Part shown: piece by piece, positions 1 to 8,271 of the stretch
Position numbering within the stretch: the stretch's first letter is position 1
Layout: every line of letters starts with the position of its first letter
From: Myxococcota bacterium
Lineage (GTDB): Bacteria > Myxococcota > SpSt-1050
NCBI GenBank assembly: GCA_049969675.1
Contig: JBMFOP010000045.1
Location: forward strand, 1-25,541
Length of the DNA stretch: 25,541 bases
Reading direction: 5' to 3'
Notes under the pieces: model-generated
What the model was told of the DNA's origin: nothing
The model's input: only the letters and a program-made list of their open reading frames with translations
The model's database searches: none
Program-made: the position numbers and the translations under genes

Positions 1-162
1 AAAAAAAATCAAGTCAAGAATTATTGTAAATTGGTTTTGGGAGAGAATTGAGAGAGAATCAGAATATGTTCAAAGCCGACAACGGATATACAGATTGTAT
101 ATAAATCCCTCTGGATGTAATTAAAATTATGTTGGGGAGATGAAAGAGGAAACTTATCTAAT

Positions 163-218
163 ATCCTTATTTTATAATAAGATAATTTGTGTATTTAGAT
201 TATTCTGAACAGCAGTGG
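163..218. repeat. Dispersed intergenic repeat, copy 1
   Basis: AGATTATTCTGAACAGCAG at 197-215 recurs exactly at 15304-15322, followed by TGG vs CGG. The preceding 34 nt align ungapped at 20/34. Confidence 0.7.
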
Positions 219-223
219 CCCAA

Positions 224-649
224 TTATAATAATAAGGAATTACCTTCGCTATCCTTCATCAGTCCCATACCAATAAGTAGATAATCAATCAGCGCCCAGA
301 TACCAAGTCCACCGCAGGTAAGTAACTTTACAATCCCCATCCCTGTATAACCGAGATAAAATCTATCAATACCAAATGTCCCTAAAAACATTGATAGCAA
401 GAATGCAGTCCCTTGAGACTTTTTAGGAGTGCCAACTACCGCTTCTCTCAATAATGGATTCCCGTTCGCATCCTTCATCGTTCCCATTCCGAGAATGATT
501 ACATCTATCAAAGCCCATATACCAGCGCCACCACAGGTAAGCAGTTTTAAAATTCCAAGGCCGGTATAACCGAGATAGAATCTATCAATCCCTAAAAACC
601 CTAAAAAGACTGATAGTATAAAAGATGTCTGTTGGCTCTTCTGGTTCAT
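224..649 (-). CDS. Membrane protein with two tandem TM2 domains
   Basis: Two copies of FLGxxGIDRFYLGYTGxGIxKLLTCGGxGIWALID, the TM2 signature. RBS AGGAGG lies upstream of the ATG. Confidence 0.9.
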   Translation of the reverse strand: MNQKSQQTSFILSVFLGFLGIDRFYLGYTGLGILKLLTCGGAGIWALIDVIILGMGTMKDANGNPLLREAVVGTPKKSQGTAFLLSMFLGTFGIDRFYLGYTGMGIVKLLTCGGLGIWALIDYLLIGMGLMKDSEGNSLLL

Positions 650-667
650 TTTACCCTCCTCTTCTTA

Positions 668-1684
668 CTACTTGCTCAATGAAAGTAGTTTGAGCGAACT
701 TTTAATAATTGGGAAAATCCTTTCATTCCTCTTATCTTTTAACATCTTTTCCAGGAGCGGAATTGCCCTCTTATCACCAATAGAAGCAAGCGCCTGTGCT
801 GATCTACCTCTAATAAAGATATCTTCATCCTTCAATAAATCCATCAACAAACCAATACACCTCTCATCAGCAACAACAGAGAGGACCTGAATGGATACAT
901 CCCTATCTTCCTTTGAATTCCCAAATCTGGCGGTTCTTAAGTGTGAATCTATATCTATCTTATCTTTGAGTTTCTTTAGAGAACTCTTTGCAACCTTTAT
1001 CTCATCCTGAGAGGATGAGTCCTTCAATAGCATGATTACTGGCTGAATCAACCTTGGATCTTTTATTGTTCCTACCAGTTCAAGTGCATTTATCCTCGTA
1101 TTCTCATCCTTTGAAGTAAGAGCGTATGTGAGAACCTTATATTTATTTTCAGATGACATACCCATAATTATCTGCGATGTAGTATCACTCACCTGTCCCT
1201 TATCTGAAAGTCCATCAGCAAGGGCTTTTAATGCATTATCATCTTTTAGTTCACCAAATATTGCAATAATGCCCATTTTGAGCATAGCATCATCTGTATT
1301 CCTGAAAGCATTAATCAGGTCATCCATTGTCTGTTTATTGGATGCCAGCTTAATTAGCGCCTTAACTGCCTCCTTTCTGACAAGGGATTCTGGGTCTTTT
1401 AAGAGCTCAATAAGTGGCTTTGTGGCTTTTGGATCCCCGATATTTCCGAGTGCAATTGCAGAGGCACCCTTAATTGCATAATCTTCATCTTTTAATGTGG
1501 TTATCAATGCATCCACCGCCCGCTTATCCTGCATCTTGCCTAAAAAGATAGCAGCCTGTAATCTGGATTTGAATGAGGATGAGTATTTTAATTCCTCTAT
1601 CATATTATCTACCATATCGGCATAAAGGTTAAAAGATGTAATCCCCATCACTGCCAATAAACAAATAATTCTTTTTTTCAACAT
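668..1684 (-). CDS. Exported HEAT-repeat (PBS lyase-like) protein
   Basis: Repeats such as LKDEDYAIKGASAIALGNIGDPKA and LKDEDIFIRGRSAQALASIGDKRA. N-terminal Sec-type signal peptide MLKKRIICLLAVMGITSFNLYA. Confidence 0.88.
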   Translation of the reverse strand: MLKKRIICLLAVMGITSFNLYADMVDNMIEELKYSSSFKSRLQAAIFLGKMQDKRAVDALITTLKDEDYAIKGASAIALGNIGDPKATKPLIELLKDPESLVRKEAVKALIKLASNKQTMDDLINAFRNTDDAMLKMGIIAIFGELKDDNALKALADGLSDKGQVSDTTSQIIMGMSSENKYKVLTYALTSKDENTRINALELVGTIKDPRLIQPVIMLLKDSSSQDEIKVAKSSLKKLKDKIDIDSHLRTARFGNSKEDRDVSIQVLSVVADERCIGLLMDLLKDEDIFIRGRSAQALASIGDKRAIPLLEKMLKDKRNERIFPIIKSSLKLLSLSK

Positions 1685-1754
1685 AACTGCCCTCTCATCT
1701 ATTGGTAGTTTAATACCATAAGAGATGGCTTACTGCAAATAAATTCTTACTAAA

Positions 1755-4244
1755 TTATTCAATTAACGAACAGGAGCAACCGGACTCATCATTACCTTCC
1801 TCTCTCGGACTACCATCAATCACTATAATATCCTGACTTACAGATGCATCCTTTGTTGAGACATCTGACTGAATCACATCAGATTGAACCACCACATCTT
1901 CTGTGGCATCTGGCTGGACTGCTATATCATTTCCATTCCCTGTATCTTCTACAACTCCAACATCAGTGTTTGAAGTATCATTGTTTGAGGTATCCTCTAC
2001 CCCCGCATCTGGCTGTGGAGTCTGTGTCTCAACCGATGGAGTTATCATCTGCAGTATCCCCTGTGCCCCTCCATAGTTGACAAATGCAATATAATATCTG
2101 TGTCCACCTTCTATCTCAGGTGCAGCAACCTCAAAATGGCTATTATCCTTGGTCTTAACCTCAAAATCGGCATTGGAAGTTATATCCCCCTGTGAATTGA
2201 TATCAAATTCAACTGGATTATCCTTCTTCATCAGTATCCTTATTTCAGCATCTGAACCACCATACACAGAATTGCTATATATATCCATATCCAGCATAAA
2301 CTTGCTCGTATTCTCTGGCATATCATAATAAAATTGCAGATAACCGGGCGCATAAGGGGAGAGACCAACAATGTCAAGTCCCTCAACAAGCAATATATAT
2401 TTACCATTTTCAAGGCTTACCAACCGCTCACAATCCAATATATTATTCTGTTTGAAGATATCTTCTGCCTTGGTAGCAAATTCCTCTCCAATATTTGAAT
2501 CATTCTTTAATGCACTCACGAGGGCTTTTGTAAAATCCCCAAAAGTTGCAATCTGACTTAATGCTACAACTGTATCATATACCTTCTGGTCAAATAGTTT
2601 TTCGCTGCCAAATTGACTTACAAACTCCATTCTTACCTTCCATAGGGCATTTGAGAGGAGAAGACCGTCATTGTGGCTTTCTCCCCATAAATTATCAGGA
2701 CACCTGACATCAATGCTTAGATCCCTCAGTGCCCCATGGTCCTCTGTTGCATTACTTACATACTCCCCAAGTTTTGGATCTCCAGATACAGTGGATGAGA
2801 AATAATCTGCAAGACCTTCATTCATCGCACCCGGGTCAATATACATACCGTACTGGTCAAAATAGGCATATGCGAGATTAGATGTAGAGCCAATCATCGC
2901 GTGAGTAAATTCATGATATGTCACCTCTGCATCATAGGAGAAATCCACCTTCTCTCCCTGTCCAAATACTATTGCATCATCATGAATTCCAAAATCATCA
3001 AAACTACCATCATATGGTATAAAAGCGGCGTTATCAAATGGCATAAATTTATCTGTAGTACAGATATTCCAGCCCGGATTATTGGGGTCTTCTACACAAT
3101 TGGACCTGAGTTCATAGAAGTTTGGTATCTTAAAATTGACCACTGTCATAAGTGATGGCAGGCCAGAGTTTGTATTTATCTTTTCAAACCCCTTCTCCTT
3201 AAAATAAGTGTACATCTTATTTGCGTGGTAATACATCATCACCTCCGCAAAGTCATCCTCCATTACAGACTCAAAACACGCCTGTGAGTCCTCGGGATTA
3301 AAACACTTTGTCGGGTCATCCGGCGTAAAATAGAAATCGCCATTTTCATCAGATTTCGCCTTTGGACTTATATTACATATGGAAAATCTCATAGTAGTCT
3401 GATACTGAGGCATTGGAAATTCTTTCTGTTCTCCAAGTCCATAACAATTTGTACTCCTGATGAGTGTCCCTGTAAGCGTCTTATCCGTCACAGTTGGGTC
3501 AAGATTCTCTATGTCAACCTCAACTGTTGGATTTGTTCCATCAACACCCGGATTTGGATTATATACATTTGCCTTATTTAAGGTAAACACATTATTCTTC
3601 TTGAAGAGCAACTTTCCGCTTTTTGCATCTATATAATATGTAACACTTGTCATTGAAGCAAATGAAGCCACTTTTACCTCATATGCAAAGAATGCCCTCT
3701 TGCCCATAAGAAATACAATTTCTCTCACTGAATTGGGATTATATCTCGCACCAACAAGGTTATTGAAGCTGGCATATTTATTTGTAACAAGATAGTATGC
3801 ATCCTCTCTATTAAAGGCGGCTCTAACATCTATATTTTCTAAAGAGAGTCTGAAGAATGATGCCTTTCTTACAACATTATTATCCAGAGTTATCGCTATA
3901 CCGGCTGGATATACTGGATATCCCTTATATATATAATTAAATCTCACAGTCTTCTCATCCTTACCATTTATCACCTTATCAAATACAAATCCTATCTCGT
4001 TGTTGATTGAGAATAGGTGGCTGTACTTTGCAATAAAATTAGAGGCAGCATCCTGAATTGAGCCAGATGTAACCCTTTCACTCAGAGAAGTAATTAAAAC
4101 CGGAGTATTCTGCCCGAGCTTTGAAATTATCTTCGCATCTGGATTATTCTGCTTCAAGAGAGTAACTTCTGTATTAAAGTCATAAGAAAAGAGACTCCCA
4201 CAGAATAACATAACCACTGCCAGTACTAAAAACGCCTTCTTCAT
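1755..4244 (-). CDS. Secreted zinc metallopeptidase, M4/M36 (thermolysin/fungalysin-like), with propeptide, C-terminal beta domain, acidic linker and Cys tail
   Basis: HEFTH at 2901-2915, third ligand in GAMNEGLADYF, downstream ESHNDG. FTP/PepSY-like propeptide (YYIDAKSGKLL). Start moved to ATG 4244 (MKKAFLVL, signal peptide) because AAGGAGG sits at 4251-4257. Confidence 0.88.
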   Translation of the reverse strand: MKKAFLVLAVVMLFCGSLFSYDFNTEVTLLKQNNPDAKIISKLGQNTPVLITSLSERVTSGSIQDAASNFIAKYSHLFSINNEIGFVFDKVINGKDEKTVRFNYIYKGYPVYPAGIAITLDNNVVRKASFFRLSLENIDVRAAFNREDAYYLVTNKYASFNNLVGARYNPNSVREIVFLMGKRAFFAYEVKVASFASMTSVTYYIDAKSGKLLFKKNNVFTLNKANVYNPNPGVDGTNPTVEVDIENLDPTVTDKTLTGTLIRSTNCYGLGEQKEFPMPQYQTTMRFSICNISPKAKSDENGDFYFTPDDPTKCFNPEDSQACFESVMEDDFAEVMMYYHANKMYTYFKEKGFEKINTNSGLPSLMTVVNFKIPNFYELRSNCVEDPNNPGWNICTTDKFMPFDNAAFIPYDGSFDDFGIHDDAIVFGQGEKVDFSYDAEVTYHEFTHAMIGSTSNLAYAYFDQYGMYIDPGAMNEGLADYFSSTVSGDPKLGEYVSNATEDHGALRDLSIDVRCPDNLWGESHNDGLLLSNALWKVRMEFVSQFGSEKLFDQKVYDTVVALSQIATFGDFTKALVSALKNDSNIGEEFATKAEDIFKQNNILDCERLVSLENGKYILLVEGLDIVGLSPYAPGYLQFYYDMPENTSKFMLDMDIYSNSVYGGSDAEIRILMKKDNPVEFDINSQGDITSNADFEVKTKDNSHFEVAAPEIEGGHRYYIAFVNYGGAQGILQMITPSVETQTPQPDAGVEDTSNNDTSNTDVGVVEDTGNGNDIAVQPDATEDVVVQSDVIQSDVSTKDASVSQDIIVIDGSPREEGNDESGCSCSLIE

Positions 4245-4399
4245 AAAAAACCTCCTTAAAAAGATTTTCACAATAAGATGCCCTTATAAAGGCTCATTAA
4301 CCTCTTATTAAAACTTCAGGATTCTGTCCATACTAATCATCAAATAAATTTTATTATGAAAAATCTGTCATATCATAAAAAGTGTGTTATTAATAAATT

Positions 4400-5689
4400 A
4401 TGAGCGATGAACATAATATACGCGCTATCGCAATATTAATTCTGGACGAGATACTTCAAAAAAACTATTCAAGAGATGTTGTTCTTGCCAGATATTTTTC
4501 AAAATATGAACTATCGGAGATTGATAGGGACTTCATCTTTAATGTAGTATTAAATACACTCAGATTCAAAGAGATATTTGACGAGATAATAACAAAGGTA
4601 CTCAATATCAGACTTCAAAGAATTGAGCCATTGATAAAGACTACAATGGAAGTTGCACTTGGGCAGATTCTCACAATGGATAGGATACCGGTTTATGCAG
4701 CTGTATCTGAGAGTATTGAGGGTTACAAACAGATCGGCAGGAATTCAGGGGGTGTAGGTTTTCTGAACTTCGCCCTCAGGAGGTTATCAAGGAAAGGCGA
4801 TCTCAAAGAGCTCTTTGAGAGATTTAAGAGGGAGAATCTTCTAATTTACAAATTATCAGACGAACTTAAAAGTGAATTGAGAGAGGATGAACTGCAGACC
4901 ATATACAAAAATTCATTTGAACGTCCACCGATATTTTTACGAATTAGAGAAGGGTTCAAAATTAAATCAGATATAATACCTATACTTGAACGGGAGAAGA
5001 TCGATTATAGACTTTCAACCATTGTCTCTTCATCCATTATTCTCCCACCTGAAATTTCAGTAAAACTTTTAGGTAAAATACTTCCAGAAGATTCGTTTGT
5101 ATTACAATCCGAACTCAGTCAGCTCACCGCACATCTAATTCCATTGGAACAGGGTGATAGATTCCTTGATGTATGCTCGGGCAATCAGATTAAGAGCCAG
5201 CAGATCAGCGAAATTCTTAAGAATCATATAGATATTACCTCAGTAGATATTAAAGAGATAAAAAATCCGAAATTTAAATATATACGGGCAGATGCACAAA
5301 ATATCAGATTTAAAGATAAATTTAATAAGGTCTTAATTGATGCCCCCTGCTCGGGATTGGGAACCATCTCTCAAAATCCAGAGTTAAAATTTAAGATTAA
5401 AAAGACTGCTATTAAACGTTTCTCCTTCATTCAATATCGTATACTCACAAATATATCACAATATTTGAAATCTAATGGTATCCTGCTCTACTCTGTCTGT
5501 ACCATCACAAAATCTGAAACGACAGAACTGATAAAAATATTTCTTGAAGAAAATAAACAATTTGAGATAATCAGACCTGTGATTGTGAATAATGAATTGA
5601 ATAGATTCTTAACAGAAGAAGGCTTTTTGAGAATTTTTAATTACAATCATCAAAGTTTCTTTTATGCTCTTTTAAGAAGGAAGTATTAA
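4400..5689 (+). CDS. rsmB: 16S rRNA m5C967 methyltransferase RsmB/Sun-like (NusB-like domain plus MTase)
   Basis: NusB-like N-terminus (IPVYAAVSES, GFLNFALR), DAPCSGLG and YSVCT catalytic Cys motifs, adjacent to rpe. Motif I is divergent. Confidence 0.8.
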   Translation: MSDEHNIRAIAILILDEILQKNYSRDVVLARYFSKYELSEIDRDFIFNVVLNTLRFKEIFDEIITKVLNIRLQRIEPLIKTTMEVALGQILTMDRIPVYAAVSESIEGYKQIGRNSGGVGFLNFALRRLSRKGDLKELFERFKRENLLIYKLSDELKSELREDELQTIYKNSFERPPIFLRIREGFKIKSDIIPILEREKIDYRLSTIVSSSIILPPEISVKLLGKILPEDSFVLQSELSQLTAHLIPLEQGDRFLDVCSGNQIKSQQISEILKNHIDITSVDIKEIKNPKFKYIRADAQNIRFKDKFNKVLIDAPCSGLGTISQNPELKFKIKKTAIKRFSFIQYRILTNISQYLKSNGILLYSVCTITKSETTELIKIFLEENKQFEIIRPVIVNNELNRFLTEEGFLRIFNYNHQSFFYALLRRKY

Positions 5690-5690
5690 T

Positions 5691-6386
5691 ATGTTAAGTA
5701 AGAACAAAGTATATATAGCACCTTCTATTCTCTCGGCAGATTTTTCAAGGTTATCAGACGAGATAAAGGATGTGGAGAGTTCTGGCGTGGATATAATTCA
5801 CATTGATGTAATGGATGGGATATTTGTCCCAAATATTACCATTGGTCCACAGATAATAAAATCTTTGAGAAAGATAACCAGACTCCCATTTGATGTACAT
5901 CTGATGATTGAGAATCCAGACAGATATATTGACGATTTTGCGATAGCAGGTTCAGATATAATCACAGTTCACCTTGAGGCCTCAAGACACCTTCATAGAA
6001 CCATTCAAAAGATTAAGGAGGCCTCTGACAGGTTCAACAGAGAATTATCTAATAGAAGTTTTGATAAAATACTTTGTGGTGTCTCCATAAATCCACATAC
6101 CCCCATATCAGCCATAGAGGAGATTATAAATGAAATAGACCTGTTATTGATAATGACCGTTAATCCCGGATTTGGCGGGCAGAAGTTCATAGATTCAATG
6201 ATAAATAAGATTTCTAAGGCAAACCAATTATTGGGCAGGACTGAAGTCTTAATAGAAGTTGATGGTGGTGTAAACGATATGAATGCTAAAAGTCTGATTG
6301 AGAATGGTGTTCAAATACTCGTAGCAGGAAATTATATATTCTCAGCAAAAGATAGAAGAGAGGCAATCAAAAGACTCAGAGGATAG
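5691..6386 (+). CDS. rpe: Ribulose-phosphate 3-epimerase
   Basis: IAPSILSADF, HIDVMDGIFVPNIT, DVHLMI, MTVNPGFGGQKF and EVDGGV motifs. Confidence 0.97.
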   Translation: MLSKNKVYIAPSILSADFSRLSDEIKDVESSGVDIIHIDVMDGIFVPNITIGPQIIKSLRKITRLPFDVHLMIENPDRYIDDFAIAGSDIITVHLEASRHLHRTIQKIKEASDRFNRELSNRSFDKILCGVSINPHTPISAIEEIINEIDLLLIMTVNPGFGGQKFIDSMINKISKANQLLGRTEVLIEVDGGVNDMNAKSLIENGVQILVAGNYIFSAKDRREAIKRLRG

Positions 6387-6389
6387 AAT

Positions 6390-7391
6390 ATGAAAAAATA
6401 TTACTTTCTGGGAATTGATGGAGGGGGAACAAAGACAATAACAGCCATCTCTGATGAGAAAGGAAGGATAGTCTCAATTGCAAAGAGCGGCCCTTCCAAC
6501 TTTCAATCTTTTGGAATTGAAAACACATATCGGGAATTAAAGAATGGGATTGAAAATGCGATAAAATCTGCGAAGATTAAGATAAAAGATATAGTTTTTG
6601 CGGGATTTGGTATATCAGGCGCAGACAGAGATAAAGACTTTGATATCATTTTATCCATATTGCACGACATCCTGCCAGAGACACCAAAGATACTGGTAAA
6701 TGATACAACCATTGCATTGAGGGCCGGGACAGATGATGGGGTTGGGCTTGCCCTTATCTCCGGCACCGGTACCAATTGCATCGGTTTCAATAGAGAAGGT
6801 AAGATGGTCAGAATAGGAGGACTTGGTCCCCTTACTGGAGACTATGGAGCCGGTTCGGATATCGCGCTGGCTGCATATCATGCGGCTTTTAAGTATAATG
6901 ACGGGAGAGGCAAATATACAATTCTTTATGATATGATAAAGAAACATTTCAGGATAGACGACATAGAAGACCTGATAGAATTGACATATTACGATTCAAT
7001 GGACTATCACAGATTAAACACAATCACACCTTATGTATTTGCCGCCGCAAAGAAAAATGACCGTATTGCAATTCAAATTTTAGAAAGGTGTGCAGATGCC
7101 ATCTCTTATGCAGCACTTACTGGATTAAAAAGATTATTCAGAAAAGATGAAAAGATTACAGTTGCTCTGGGGGGCTCTGTATTTATTAAACAGCCTGATA
7201 GCATTATGGTGAAAATTATAAAAGAGAGGATTAAAAAGAGATATCCAAAAACCAAATTTGTTGTACTTGACTCCGAACCGGTAATCGGGGCATTGCTTCT
7301 TGCCAATGATAATTTTTATGGAGACCTCAGGGCAAATAGATACAAAAATAGATTGAAACAAAACCTATCAAGATACAACCTTCAAGATTAA
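6390..7391 (+). CDS. BadF/BadG/BcrA/BcrD-type ATPase, N-acetylglucosamine/N-acetylmuramate kinase-like
   Basis: LGIDGGGTKT, VNDT, ISGTGT, GDYGAG and LGGSV motifs of ASKHA sugar kinases. The substrate cannot be determined from sequence. Confidence 0.85.
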   Translation: MKKYYFLGIDGGGTKTITAISDEKGRIVSIAKSGPSNFQSFGIENTYRELKNGIENAIKSAKIKIKDIVFAGFGISGADRDKDFDIILSILHDILPETPKILVNDTTIALRAGTDDGVGLALISGTGTNCIGFNREGKMVRIGGLGPLTGDYGAGSDIALAAYHAAFKYNDGRGKYTILYDMIKKHFRIDDIEDLIELTYYDSMDYHRLNTITPYVFAAAKKNDRIAIQILERCADAISYAALTGLKRLFRKDEKITVALGGSVFIKQPDSIMVKIIKERIKKRYPKTKFVVLDSEPVIGALLLANDNFYGDLRANRYKNRLKQNLSRYNLQD

Positions 7392-7557
7392 CTCTCTCTT
7401 TTTTAATAACATATCAGATATTTGACCTCCTCTTTGTATGACCAAAATAGATCTACAGAATGTTATGGATTAATACAGGTATCCCTTCGTTGTTCTGAGA
7501 TATTTGGGACAAACTTCTTTTAATGATTACATTTGGTGGAATAACCGATTTTTTTAC

Positions 7558-7588
7558 TTGCATACTGCGAAAATACGCAGTATATACT
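7558..7588 (+). promoter_or_regulatory. Sigma70-type lexA promoter with overlapping putative LexA operator
   Basis: -35 TTGCAT at 7558-7563, -10 TATATA/TATACT at 7581-7588. Perfect palindrome ATACTGCG-AAAATA-CGCAGTAT at 7562-7583 (CTG-N10-CAG). RBS GGAGG at 7614-7618. Confidence 0.8.
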
Positions 7589-7625
7589 GACCTATACAAT
7601 CCTCTTTCATTATGGAGGTATTATA

Positions 7626-8243
7626 ATGAATCTTACAGAGAAGCAGAGGAACATTCTGGATTTTATCAATCAACATATTATAGCAGAAGGGCATCCTCCT
7701 ACCCTGAAGGAGATAGCCCAACACTTCGGATATGCCTCCGACAATGCAGTCAGGACACATCTGAGGCTTATCCACAAGAAGGGATATCTTAAAAAAGAGC
7801 CCAATAAGGCACGCGGGCTCAAGACAGTAGAATTTCTAAAAATTTCACATCAGAATGCTGTAAATATCCCCCTCATAGGTACGATAGCGGCTGGCAGGCC
7901 CATTATAGCCCTTGAGAACCTGGAGAAGTATATCTCAGTGGACCGTGAACTCTTCAAAGGGAACGACATATTTGCCCTCAGGACAAAGGGAGATAGTATG
8001 GTGGGTGCAGGCATCAACGACGGAGATATCGTCATAATCCATCCTCAAAACGATGCCGAAAATGGCGAGATAGTGGTTGCCATAATCGGCGAAGAGGCTA
8101 CACTCAAATTCTTATATAAAGAAGGAAATTACATAACCCTGAAGGCGTCAAATCCACTCTACCCTGACATCAAAATAGATATCTCAAAGGGCTCAGATAT
8201 AAAGATTGTGGGTAAGGTAATAGGGCTGATAAGGAAGTTATAA
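7626..8243 (+). CDS. lexA: SOS repressor LexA
   Basis: LTEKQ...PPTLKEIA winged HTH, Ala-Gly cleavage site (IAAG), catalytic Ser (GDSM) and Lys (ATLK). Confidence 0.96.
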   Translation: MNLTEKQRNILDFINQHIIAEGHPPTLKEIAQHFGYASDNAVRTHLRLIHKKGYLKKEPNKARGLKTVEFLKISHQNAVNIPLIGTIAAGRPIIALENLEKYISVDRELFKGNDIFALRTKGDSMVGAGINDGDIVIIHPQNDAENGEIVVAIIGEEATLKFLYKEGNYITLKASNPLYPDIKIDISKGSDIKIVGKVIGLIRKL

Positions 8244-8271
8244 CTGAGACTTTCATCGCATCCAAAAGATT

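Noticed and set aside
86..102. Palindrome ATATACA-GAT-TGTATAT
   Set aside because: AT-rich and single copy, and any target gene would lie outside the window, so it cannot be assigned.
197..218. GTTCAG in the repeat's reverse strand as a Myxococcus-type LexA box
   Set aside because: The upstream CTR half-site is missing and the sites are not in SOS gene promoters.
7523..7792. 89-aa plus-strand ORF and 73-aa minus-strand ORF overlapping the lexA start, considered as a possible imuA/sulA
   Set aside because: They overlap the lexA promoter and CDS out of frame and show no RecA/SulA-like features.
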